64,000 bases of DNA, taken from Negaprion brevirostris. Its lineage: Eukaryota. This document shows, piece after piece, positions 52,608-64,000 of the stretch. A program made the translations under genes and the position numbers. The stretch covers positions 29,154,760 to 29,218,759 of the forward strand of contig JARDVH010000130.1 in the NCBI GenBank assembly GCA_030324005.1. Direction: 5' to 3'. Every line of letters begins with the position of its first letter. The first letter of the stretch is position 1. The notes beneath the pieces are model-generated. The model was given only the letters and a program-made list of their open reading frames with translations. It was not told the DNA's origin and made no database searches.

Positions 52608-53571
52608 CTGCAGAAGGAATTAAACATTCCACAGGTCAGACTATTGCAATGTTTGGAACATTAGCTTACAAATGAATAAACATATTGGGTGAACAAGTTA
52701 CACTGAGAAAAGGGTTGCCTTACTTAACTGAGATAACCAATTTTGTCCTCATACTGACTGCTTGGCTAAAATTATGAACAGAAGGAATTTATTAATTGAA
52801 ATACAAACAATGATATGGTTAATGCCAATTATACCTGCCACAATCCTTTCTCAATCAAGTTTTCACTTGTTCTTTATCCTCTAGTTTTCTCCAGTTACCA
52901 TTTACCCACCGAATGGAGTCAATTAATTTGTGCTACAGTTTCACAGGCAGCCTCACTTCTTAACTGCTTCACACAGGTGGCCACTGTTTGAATCTGGACT
53001 GTTATCATGGGGCTGGTAGGTCACGTGCAGAGTTTAAAACCTGAGCCCAGCACTGTCCAAATCCAAAGTCTATGCACATGGGCTTCAGGCAGGGGCAGCT
53101 GGATCAGAGCCAGGATTGAGAACCATGGCCAGTTATTTCCCAGACTAGGCACACTCCAACTCTTGGACACTAAATCTCATCAAACTCGTACCCTGACTAC
53201 GTTTGGTTAAGAATGTGAAACATTTCTGGTATATATGGCTAAGACTCAAATGGGGGAGTGCATTTACCCTGTGAGCCACTAGGAGATGTAACTTTATTTA
53301 TTTTTCAAATCATTGTTTAAATAAAGCAAAATACAAGTTTAAAAAAACTGATTGTAAAAAAATTGCTGTGACGTAAAGCAGCATAGAAGTAAGACTTCAG
53401 AGTGGATTGTCTACACGAAATTAGTCATTGCTTGTAATGGAGTTTTCCAGGCAATCCAATAAAAGTCAAGGAAACAAAATGAAATGTGCAAGAGAATACA
53501 AGATTGAACACGACTTGGTCATTTGAAATCATGCTGACTTTTTTTTATTCTAAATACATGCTGGTATTCAC

Positions 53572-53681
53572 CATTATCAATTGCCCACATATTTCCTGCG
53601 ACTGGACCCATCTGGCTCCAGCGAAATCTGGTCCCAGCGGTAAGCGCAGCATATGGTAGAGGAATGGTTATACGACTCCAC
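53572..53681 (-). CDS. RELN: Reelin exon (~exon 16), 110 bp
   Basis: [36 protein letters not shown]; acceptor tgttgaAG, donor GTGAAT. Confidence 0.95.
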
Positions 53682-54039
53682 CTTCAACACAGGACAACAC
53701 ACAAGTTATCAAATGGCAGCTTCAATATTGAAAAGTTTATCAGTTTATTCATTCAGTCACTTGCAGAGTGCGAGTCCGCCCCTATCTGACCGACTGATTG
53801 TTTTGCTTTATTGTTTGATTGTTTCCCTCTGTGATTTCTAGTTGAGTAGCCAACAGCCATCCCTCTCCCAATTCCACCCCTTGCATAAACATACAGACAG
53901 CACTAACTATACCAGTGTATTCTCCTGTATGGTTCAAATGCAATATCTTTTTGTTTTGAGTGCATTCACACAAATGAACATTAAGGGAAACTGTCCATTA
54001 ATTCTTCAAGACAGAAAAGTAGGATTTCACAGCAACCCT

Positions 54040-54180
54040 GCCCTGAAGAAGTCATACAGGCTCAAAACGTTAAGGGGGAGATGTTCCTCCCATTCCGCGG
54101 TGTGTTTCTCTTTCTACAGATGCTGCCAAACCTACTGTGCTTTCCCCAACATTTTCTGTTTTTATTTCAGATTTCCAAGT
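54040..54180 (+). mobile_element. Penelope-like terminal repeat fragment
   Basis: ctgaagaagtcatacaggctcaaaacgtta...ctacagatgctgccaaacctactg...ttttctgtttttatttcagatttcca. Confidence 0.65.
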
Positions 54181-54438
54181 ATTTTGCTTTCATAACCTTG
54201 AATTCTCTGCTGGAACTAAAAGGTCTTGGGACTAATCTCATGGGAATAAGAGGTACCCTCAAAAATATTCATGTATTCCCTTAAAAAAAGCATTGCATTT
54301 TATAAAAGGTTTCAAGTTGGTTGCTTTTGATAAGTTTGATTACTCAGTCTTTAAGTCATTCTGCTTTAGAATATAAATCATTAAAAGATACAATTTTTTA
54401 AAACGGAAATAATAATGGGATAGCAGTTAGATCCTTAC

Positions 54439-54567
54439 CCACTATAGTTTTCAGAAGAATAGACGGAGCTGTGGGGATGGTGTGGGCCTGAGCACAGATC
54501 AGGCAGACACTCCATGTGCAGTAGGGACCAGGAACGTCCATGATTCGTTGACAACTCCAAGCTTATG
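54439..54567 (-). CDS. RELN: Reelin exon (~exon 15), 129 bp, Asp-box/BNR motif of repeat 1A
   Basis: [43 protein letters not shown]; acceptor gacactAG, donor GTAAGG. Confidence 0.96.
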
Positions 54568-55493
54568 CTAGTGTCACAGAAAGAATTCAAAAAAATTGAT
54601 TATCACTTGTCTTCACAAAGAATGTGAATAAAATCTGAGAGGTCTTAAAAGGCTTCAGAGCAAACTAACTGAGGGCTGACGCGAGTTCGGCAGAGAGCTT
54701 CTGAAAAGTCCCAAAATTCTGGAAGGGATGGGGAATTAATCCCGAAAAGGTTGAGCTGTTTTTCTGAACAGATGAAATGGCTGAAGACATCTTTTGCAGC
54801 TAGCCCTATAGATGAAGGAATAGCAGGTCACTCTGCCGCACAAAGGCACAATGGGGGTTCTGGGAGCTTCCCACTTCAGCCACACAAATGATTCTTTCCC
54901 TGCGACAGGGTCTCCAGTTTCACACTGGGTAGATGGAGGATTGCCTCATGTTCCAGGCCTGTGTGCTTGTGCAAATTTAGGCACTGTCCTAGTTTTCTGG
55001 TGACTCCCTGGATTTTCTGAACTATAATTTGTATTCATGAGGTCACTGGAGTTAAACTGATTTGAACGGAGCAGCAGGTCACTGAAAGCACAGACTGAGT
55101 AAATTTTCAATGCCAACAGCTTCAGAACTCTTCATTATTACACAATTAAAGAAATTAACAATTTATCAATGAATATTTAACAGCAATGAAAAAATAGTCC
55201 CCAATGATGAAGNNNNNNNNNNACAGCAGTAAAGATTCTTTATTACTTATAGAAATGAAAAAGAATATTATTGCTTCAGTTGTGTGCCATTTTGAAATGG
55301 GAAATTGCTCAGGAATGATGGACAAAACTCAATCCAATGACCAGTGGATTAGACCAAACAGTTTTCTGCTCTGCAGAGCTCACAGTTACAATCAGTAACA
55401 CATTTACCTTTGAACCATCAGGGGAGCTGTGTGCCATTTAAGAACTTGTGAAGCAAACTGAGAAAACATCAAACTAATCAACCTGTTGTTTAC

Positions 55494-55702
55494 CTGTTGC
55501 CTGGTTGATGAGATCCGCAGCCCATATTGATGGAAAACTCTGCTAAATGAGATGGTGATGGTGGCATCATAGGTAGAATGTGGAAGAAGTCCACAGCCCA
55601 CACATTCCTGTTCAGTCCTTGATGACTCTTCTGTTTCAAGCAGAACTTTGTGGCTGACGTCTGCAGTTCTGGAGTGATGGCAACTGAAACCAGGGTTGTT
55701 TT
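55494..55702 (-). CDS. RELN: Reelin exon (~exon 14), 209 bp
   Basis: [44 protein letters not shown]...[14 protein letters not shown]; acceptor tgtttacAG, donor GTAAAC. Confidence 0.96.
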
Positions 55703-55904
55703 CTGTAAACAATAAGTTAAACACGTAGTCCTCTCTTTTAATCTTTTAATTCTGCCCATAAGTGTGCAGTGAACATTCTCATGCATCTACATACACTGAA
55801 ATTAGCCAAGAATGGTCATATATCAGATGTTCAGGTATGACATAATATTAAAAATGTTGACGACTATTGAGGACCTTGGTCCATTTCTGTTGGCACTAAA
55901 AAAC

Positions 55905-56065
55905 GTCCGGTTTCCTCTGACAGTCCGAATGACATGCTGGTTAGCATTGGCCATGCTAAATTCTCCCTCAGCCTATCGCCGGAGTGTGGCGACTGAGGGA
56001 ATTATCACAGTCACTTCACTGCAGTGTTAATGTAAGCCTATTAGTGACACTAACAAATAAGCTTT
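55905..56065 (+). mobile_element. HE1-related SINE 3' half
   Basis: Same tail as 11043-11318 (gcagtgttaatgtaagccta...gtgacactaacaaataa). Confidence 0.7.
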
Positions 56066-56736
56066 TAAAAGAACTTTCACACTTCACACCCCTCTTCAGC
56101 TCAAAGAGCCTTTTGGAAATAAGTGAACATGGGACAAAAGGGGGAACTATAACCAATCTGTCTGAGTAATTCTGCAACGTGACTGGAGGCAAGGTGACCG
56201 GAAATCGTTTTATTTACACCAAGCAGCTAAAGAGAACTCCCAGAACTTGGCTTTATACGAGTGGAATATAATGCTCCTGCTTCTAAAGTAAAGTTGAGGG
56301 GAAGTAACAACTACAATTTATAATTGCAACATAGCTTTAATAGAATAAAACATTCCAAGGTTAGGGTTAGGGTACTTCACAGGAGCATTTTCTAACAAAA
56401 TATGACATCATGCCACATAAGATGACCTTAGGTCAGGTGACCAAAAGCTTGGTCATCTCATAACCCGAGATAGAATATGATATCATTCCTATAACTCTGC
56501 AACTTGCTCGTTCAGCTGCTGACTCTGACTGATGTAGAGAAATCATATTTATGGGCTACAGTTAAACTAACAATGACTACATTTTTGTGATTTAGTCTCT
56601 TCATTCAGGTTGGTTCACCCAGTTGGCTGGACAGTTAGGGTGCAGTGCAGAATAAGGGCAACAACATGGGTTTGATCCCTGTTCCGACTAAGGTATTTCT
56701 TGGGGCCTGCCTCTTCACCTTGCATCAGTAATAATA

Positions 56737-56896
56737 TTAACAACCCTCAGAGAATGAAGATGCTACATAGAGACCGGTAATTCCTTCACTCATCCCAAAC
56801 AACTATTTAAAGACTATTTAACAACCCTCAGAGAATGAAGATGCTACATAGAGAGCGGTAATTCCTTCACTTGTCCCAAACAACTATTTAAAGACT
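56737..56896 (+). repeat. Tandem duplication, 2 x 81 bp
   Basis: ttaacaaccctcagagaatgaagatgctacatagaga... starts at 56737 and 56818. Confidence 0.92.
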
Positions 56897-57503
56897 GCCA
56901 TATGATAAGAAAATATATATGTATGTACACAGATAAATATTACCGAAAATTAAGTATTCTTAACCATGAAGCCATTGTCAATTGTTGCAAAAACCCATCT
57001 GGTTCACTAATGTCCTTTAGGAACGAAAATCTGCCATCCTTAACCAGTCCAGCCCACATGTGACTCCAGACCACAACAATGTGGTTGACTTTCAAATGCC
57101 CTCTGAAATGGAGAGCAATTAGAGACGGGCANNNNNNNNNNNNNNNNNNNNNNNNNNNNNNNNNNNNNNNNNNNNNNNNNNNNNNNNNNNNNNNNNNNNN
57201 NNNNNNNNNNNNNNNNNNNNNNNNNNNNNNNNNNNNNNNNNNNNNNNNNNNNNNNNNNNNNNNNNNNNNNNNNNNNNNNNNNNNNNNNNNNNNNNNNNNN
57301 NNNNNNNNNNNNNNNNNNNNNNNNNNNNNNNNNNNNNNNNNNNNNNNNNNNNNNNNNNNNNNNNNNNNNNNNNNNNNNNNNNNNNNNNNNNNNNNNNNNN
57401 NNATCTTGATTGAGCTGGGTGAAAAACTGTTAGGTGAAAGTGTTTGCATCATGGTTTGATGTGATGGGATTTAGTTCTCCATAGATGAAACAATTCTACC
57501 TAC

Positions 57504-57616
57504 CCTAAAGGATGAAAAAGGCAACACATCCAAAACATGCTCTTTTCTACCCTCAACCACGGCATAGAGCGTGACATCGTTTTCATGTGAATCCCCTGGA
57601 TTACAGGAACCAGCCC
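57504..57616 (-). CDS. RELN: Reelin exon (~exon 13), 113 bp
   Basis: (G)AGSCNPGDSHENDVTLYAVVEGRKEHVLDVLPFSSFR; acceptor tttctgtcAG, donor GTAGGT. Confidence 0.95.
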
Positions 57617-58378
57617 CTGACAGAAAGAGATAGAATATTATTTCTTGCGTAAACATGACTAACTGGCAAACTATCTGATCACACAACTTCTAGGAATACA
57701 AAAGATAATCTAAACTACCCAGTATTTAGTTACATTTTTTATTTGATCTGGTTCATAGATACAATTAAAATCATACTGCTCCATCAGTATAAACATAAAT
57801 ATTGAGGTCTGTTTGCAAAGCTACGAGCTGTCTGTCGCTGCGCTGAATAAAACAGAACAGCAAGATAAGTCTAAGGAAAATCTTGCTGCACAGATGAATA
57901 TTTAAAAGGGGGCTAAAGGGAGTTGGCCTCATAATTCTGGGGCCACTCCAATGTGCTCCTAACACAGAAGGAGACGCTTCCAGACAAACTGGAGGAATAA
58001 GAAAAAGATTAATCATTATTTTGTGGTTCTTTATGGGTGCAAACTTAAGGTCCTGCCTTAAACATTCTGTCTGTTTAAACATTGCCATTCATTTCCAAAA
58101 GTGGTCTAACCATCCTATGTTAAAGGATATGGATGTACAGCCCAATATTCAATTACACAGCAGTATAATTCAGGACCGTAACAATACATTTCACACAGCT
58201 TTACATTATCTCATTCACATGTGGTCTGAACTGGACATTCATGACGTTTTTGTATCCGCACTTCTTCAGTCTTCCCAAAAGTGACCACAAAAATATTTTA
58301 TTTCAGAACAAGTGAACATACATAGCAAACATTTATAATTAACCTCAGCCATGCTTCCAGTCTTTCCCCTTCACTCAC

Positions 58379-58530
58379 CCATGCTAAAGTAAAACCTGAG
58401 ATTTCCATCGTTAGTAGTGTCCAGAAATGATGTGCAAACACTTCGCTCTTCATCTTTGAGGAACACAAGAGATGACCCTGACTCGACCACATCACATTTG
58501 GTGCCAATGATAGCTCCTGATATTTCCCAG
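58379..58530 (-). CDS. RELN: Reelin exon (~exon 12), 152 bp
   Basis: Manual translation [50 protein letters not shown](G); acceptor ctctctacAG, donor GTGAGT; correct frame missing from ORF track. Confidence 0.96.
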
Positions 58531-59150
58531 CTGTAGAGAGAAAGAATGTGACAAACAGTCTACGCAGCCTGTTTCTGCTTTGCACTTTAATTACAGTGGC
58601 GATAACACTTAAATCCCACTTTACTTTATAAACATCAGCNNNNNNNNNNNNNNNNNNNNNNNNNNNNNNNNNNNNNNNNNNNNNNNNNNNNNNNNNNNNN
58701 NNNNNNNNNNNNNNNNNNNNNNNNNNNNNNNNNNNNNNNCAGCAAACATACTATTGTTTTAACCCCATTGAGGATGCTGAACTTTGAATAAAGTTGTCTG
58801 TTAGGCTCACTGAAAATAATTATTAGGAATGTTAAAGTAAACACACTTCTCGTAACCCCAGGGGAAGATATGAAACATTAATCTGGGGTTTAAAGGATAC
58901 GATTTGTGGAATGTGACTTTGTTAACAGTCATTTGAATGAATGAAAGAGGTATTCCTACAGAAAGTGTTTACTACAAAGTGACATTGATGATTTTCAGGA
59001 ATAACTACCTGTATTAACAAGCGAGTTTAAATGATACACTAGGGTAGAAAGATGATTCTCACTGTGAAACCAAGCACTAATTGGAGATCTGGTCAGTCCA
59101 GACTAAAAATATGCAGATTACCACAGGGTCACTCGTTTAAACACAAGATT

Positions 59151-59180
59151 CCACCACCACCACCACCACCACCACCACCC
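59151..59180. repeat. (CCA)n microsatellite
   Basis: Directly visible. Confidence 0.9.
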
Positions 59181-60839
59181 CCCGATCTATTTAAAACCCT
59201 GATGGCAGTGGAGTCTCAGATACACAATCTGCAGTCATGGCTTGTACACTAATGCCAGACTGAGCACTGATATCAACTTTTGGCATTGAGGGGATGATGG
59301 AGGTAAACAAAACAATCTCAAATGCCAAGCACCAGAATCAAAAATTAGAAATCTTAGGAATGCACTGTGAGTTAGTTAGTGTCTAAAAGAAAAAGGCACA
59401 TTTATGTTTTGGATGGGGCCATTAAACAGACACTAAGCAACAAAGAATCAGCTTTTATATAGCATCTTTCAGGTCTTTGAATAGGATAATGCTCATTCTG
59501 ATCAAACAGATTGATTTAGGTCCAATATAAAAAAATCAAAATCCATTACCTATTTGTCAATATTGTGGAATTTTGTTTGAAATCAACAAGAATCCACTCA
59601 AATTAATGAGATGTCACTGGAATTAAAAGGGACTTATCTGGACAGTATTCAATGAAGACAATAAATACAAGTAACTGTGAAGAAAATCTATAACGGGGAA
59701 GATAACTCTTTGTTGGGGGCAATAATCCTAATCTCTCTCTTCATATCTTCAATAATAATTTATTCTTACATAACACGTTTCATGCAGAAAATATCCTGAG
59801 GCTCTGCAGAGAGGGGAAGCAGTCAATAAGCAGCAATAGAAGAATTACATAAATATTTCAATATAGAAACAGGCTGTAGGCCCAACTGGACCACTTTGGT
59901 GTTTATCCTCCACACAGCTAGTACTCCAGTGTGCTCTCACTGTTTCCATATTCTTTTATTCAATTCTCTTTCAACCACTGATTCAGTCTATTCTTAAATG
60001 CCGACATTGGCAGATGAATTTTCAATTAACTGCAGAGGCATGATCAAAGAATGCCAAACTGCAATTTCCCATTGGTTGGGATGTCAGTCTTTTGCTATGG
60101 CCTCAGTTTCAGGTCAGTTTCATTCCAAGATGGCTGATGAAGGATGTCGGGTGGGGGGTGATGGCTACCTGCCCGCAGGTCCATTAAAGGGTTTATTAAA
60201 TCCACTCTGCTAAAGCTGACTGGAATAACGGGCCTGCCGTTAAGGCTGTAACAAGGCTGACAGCCCTTCCACAATGATGACTCAGTAGTAGTGGCCTCTT
60301 TGCAGTTTTATCTGTTTAAAAAGTCTTAAAAGAGCACTCCACCTTGTTCTTGCCTCCCCTACATTGGCGGCTTCTACCTCCGAGGGTGCTGATGTGTTAG
60401 TGTTGGAGGGTCTCCTATTGGCTCACCCTAGCTGCTCGTTAAAAATCATGTCAGACATCAGGCACTGACACAACATGGAGTCAAGACTCAGAAATACATC
60501 CAAAGTTGGTCCTGATCCATGAACAAAAGAATCAACCCCAAGTCAATGTAGCAATCACAAACTGCAGTTGTGTATTCCACAGTCTCACAACACTGGGTGT
60601 CAAAAACATAACAAAAACAAGAAGAAGCAATTGAAGGCACAGTTGAAGAATGCGATTTTGAGGAGGTTTTTTTTAATTTGACAATGTCCAAGAGGTCTGG
60701 GCTGAGACAGGTGAAAGCTGNNNNNNNNNNAAGCTGTCATCAACTGGAGAGCAGAGGGAGAAGGGAATGTACAGGGGACTACAATCAGAAGGCTAGAACA
60801 TAGAGCTGAACAAGATTGTGAGGTAGGATAAAGCATGAG

Positions 60840-62340
60840 TACAAAGTTAAGAAGGGTTAGAGGCCTCAAAGGGATACTGATAGGTTAAGTGAGTGGGCAA
60901 AGATTTATCAAATGAAGTATAGTGTGGGAAGATGTGAAATTGTCCATTTTGGCAGGGAGAGTAAAAAAGAGTATTATGCAAATGGTGAGAGATTGCAGAG
61001 CTTTGAGGTACAGAGGGATCCGAGTGTCTTAGGGCATATATAACAAAAGGTTAGTATGCTGGTACAGCAAGTAATTAGGAAAGCTAATAGAATTTTGGTT
61101 GTTTATTGCAAGGGGAATTAAGTATGGAAGTAGGAAGATTATGCTTCAGTTGTACAGATTAAAAGTGAGATCACATCTGCAGTACTGTGCACAGCATTGG
61201 TATCTTTATTTAAGGAATTATGTAAATGTGGTGGAAACAGTTCAGAGAAGGTTTACCAGGCTAATGCTTGAAAATAACACCTAATAGACTAACATCTTCA
61301 TTCAGCCTGACAGCATGATCCCAACCTTTCTGTTGTGTGTTATTTTAACTCAGCATCTTGCTCTCCATGTGTCCGTCCTTGACCTGCTGCGATGTTCCAC
61401 TGAAGTCCAATGCAATCTGGAGGAGCAGCAACTCATCTTCTGATTAGACCCAGTACAGCCCTCAGGATTCAATACTGAGTTCTACAACTTTAGACTGTGA
61501 CCTTTCCCCGCCATCTTAAACCCATCTTTAAATATTTCACACATTTATTGTCTCAATGCAAAAACCATCCCCTATTCCATACCAGGCCATCTGTCTCTTA
61601 TTCTTAAGGTTGCTACATCTTGTTACAATCTCTCCCAGTTACAGTATAATAACCAACACAGTTTCCCGATTTTTAGTTCTGATTAAGAGTCAAATGGATT
61701 GGAAACATAACTTTGTTTTCTCTCCCTACAGACGTTGCCAGATCTGTTGAGATTTTCCTGCATTCTTTGTTTTTNNNNNNNNNNNNNNNNNNNNNNNNNN
61801 NNNNNNNNNNNNNNNNNNNNNNNNNNNNNNNNNNNNNNNNNNNNNNNNNNNNNNNNNNNNNNNNNNNNNNNNNNGTTTTTGTTTCAGATTCCAGCATCCA
61901 CAGTATTCTGCAGCATATCTTGTACTATGAGTAAAGTTTGGACAAGGTAGGCTTGTAGCTTTGAAGAGTAAGGAGTGACTTGATTGAAACATCTAAGATC
62001 CTGAGAGGTCTTGACAGGGTAACTGTGGAAAGGATATTTTCCCTTCTGGGTCACTATTTAAAAATAAGGGGTCATCAATTTAAGTCAGATTTGAGGAGAG
62101 GTTTTTCTCTCAGGGGGTCATGAGTCTTTGGAAGTCTCTTCCTCAAAAGACAATTAGAAGAAGAGTCTTTAATTTTTTTTTAAGGCAAAGATACATAGAT
62201 TCTTGCTAAGCAAGAGGATGAAAGATTATTGGGGTACATGAGAATGTGAAGTCTAGGTTACAATCAGGTCAGCCACAATCTTATTGAATGGCAAAGCAGA
62301 CTCTAGGAGCCAAATGGCCTACTCCTGTTCCTCTAGTACA
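60840..62340 (+). mobile_element. CR1 LINE 3' portion split by a Penelope insertion
   Basis: VRSHLQYCAQHW...VETVQRRFTRL ends ~61265; CR1 resumes ~61925 (tatgag...ttggacaaggtaggcttgta...gacttgattgaaacatctaagatcctg). Confidence 0.75.
61290..61915 (+). mobile_element. Penelope-like element 3' end (GIY-YIG endonuclease C-terminus plus terminal repeat)
   Basis: 61381-61500 translates DLLRCSTEVQCNLEEQQLIF*LDPVQPSGFNTEFYNFRL*, matching the LEEQHLIFRLGTLQP.GLNIEF motif; followed by terminal repeat with hammerhead-like core. Confidence 0.75.
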
Positions 62341-63579
62341 TATATGTTCATAAGGTGGAAATTAGAATTTTTTCTTTATTCTTTCATAGGATGGGGGTAT
62401 CTATGGCCAGCATTTCTTGCCCATCCCTCATTACCCTTGTATGGTATAATTTGTTAGGCCCATTTCAGAGGGCAGTTAAGAGTCAACCACATTACAGTGG
62501 GTCAAGAATCACATGTAGGCCTGACCGGGTAAGGATGGTGATTCTTTTCCTAAAGCTCATTTGTGAACCAGGTGGATTTTTACAACAATCGATGCTGGTT
62601 TCCTGTTCACCGTTACTGAGGCCAGCTTTATATTCCAGATTTATTAATTCACTGAATTTTCAATTCCACCAGCTGCCATGGTGGGATTTGAACTCATGTT
62701 GCCAGAGCATTGGTCTGGGCCTCTGGATTACTAGTTCAATGATAATACCACTATGCCACCATATCCCCCAAATGAACGATAAAGTAGATGGTGACTATGG
62801 TTGAAACATCAGAAAATCAAGGCTTAGCATGTCCAATTGACTACACAGGAAGGTGACCTGCATCACTGACCATGGAGCGTGGGTCATTTGTATATATTGT
62901 ACAGGAAGAAAAAAGTAACAATAATGGAAACATCTCATGTAGGACAATCATGATATCCATGATTTATTCATGCAGTTACAAGTAGAAAAGAGAACATTTT
63001 TTCCCTTTAAAAATATTGCAAATACTGGAAATATGAATTTTTCCCCTATGTTACACAAAGACGTCTCACAGCTACTCAGAATAAAATTGCTGAGATCTCA
63101 AATATTATGGACTCTTGTTGGGTTAACTGAAAATTGAACTCTCCAGGGAGGGTGTTGCATGCATATCCTTGAGCAGTCAATTGAATGCGGGTGAGGCACT
63201 GAGGATAGGTTCAGGGAATTAAATTCCCTGTGCTGTCAAGTGCTTTCTCCATAACAGCAACTGTACAGAAAATGTTTTGGGGAAACTCTGTAGCTGTGAA
63301 CTGAGTGAAGATTATTTATTTTTCTAGTGCTCTGAAGAAAATAGCTTTGATTATTACCATTATATGTTCAGAGGGAAACAAAGAGTTAAAATATTTTTTG
63401 CCAGTGCAGCTTTTACATCCCACTACAAATATTTAATTCTTTCTCTCAGCAAATTTCTTTGACATCCAGCTGCACTTTAAATATGTATGTGTGGGGCTAA
63501 TGCAACCCTTCTTTGAATCTCACTTATCCCCCAGATAGCTGTACACATATTCAGAATACTAGAGATAACAAGCACTTAC

Positions 63580-63725
63580 CCTGCAGGCTGACTTTCAAAC
63601 TCTTCCACCCACTGCGTTACAATGCCTTCGGTCCAAAGATCAACATCCCTGGTTGTTACAAAGTTAAAATCAGTGCCCTCAGTCCCATGGAAATACATGG
63701 AGTTACCATCAGATTGACAGCTATG
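63580..63725 (-). CDS. RELN: Reelin exon (~human exon 11), 146 bp, phase 0/2
   Basis: [49 protein letters not shown] matches reelin [30 protein letters not shown]; acceptor ccccacAG, donor GTAAGT. Confidence 0.97.
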
Positions 63726-64000
63726 CTGTGGGGAGACAGAGAGATAGAGTGCATTACAAGGACTCAGGACACTAGTTTGTAACCACAACAAAATCTGGCT
63801 TCAACAAAGAGAATTTTGAAGAGAGTTTTTCAATTATTTATTCATTATTGCCTTAAGCGTGAAGTCAAATTACAGTTAAACAACACAGCAGCTCCCCCTC
63901 AGTCAAAGTATCACCGTGATAAATAGAATATTTATTTTGATGAGTGTTTTGCAGGCTGATTATTTAATGCAACGATAAAATGCAAATGTATGGTTTTATG

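Noticed and set aside
59052-59252. Poly-proline ORF
   Set aside because: Translation of a (CCA)n microsatellite

Overview
Eukaryotic genomic DNA, almost certainly from a shark or ray (HE1/V-SINE, Deu-type SINE, CR1, Penelope and Harbinger repeats), with many N gaps. The only protein-coding gene is reelin (RELN) on the minus strand. I traced 17 consecutive GT-AG exons by hand from 63725 down to 5135. They are phase-compatible, give about 921 codons, and correspond to human exons ~11-27 (numbering and sizes recalled, not looked up): the end of the N-terminal region, reelin repeats 1-2 with their EGF modules, and the start of repeat 3. The 3' end of one exon falls in an assembly gap. The introns are filled with decayed transposable elements, and the short ORFs in the track are exon fragments, TE remnants or noise. 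I see no prokaryote-style novel system. The most interesting signals are a diverged sequence at the reelin N-t (ADAMTS) cleavage site, Penelope-type minimal hammerhead ribozyme motifs (one as an inverted pair, one as a TSD-flanked mini-insert), an LF-SINE-like ancient element next to an exon, and several local template-switch duplications.
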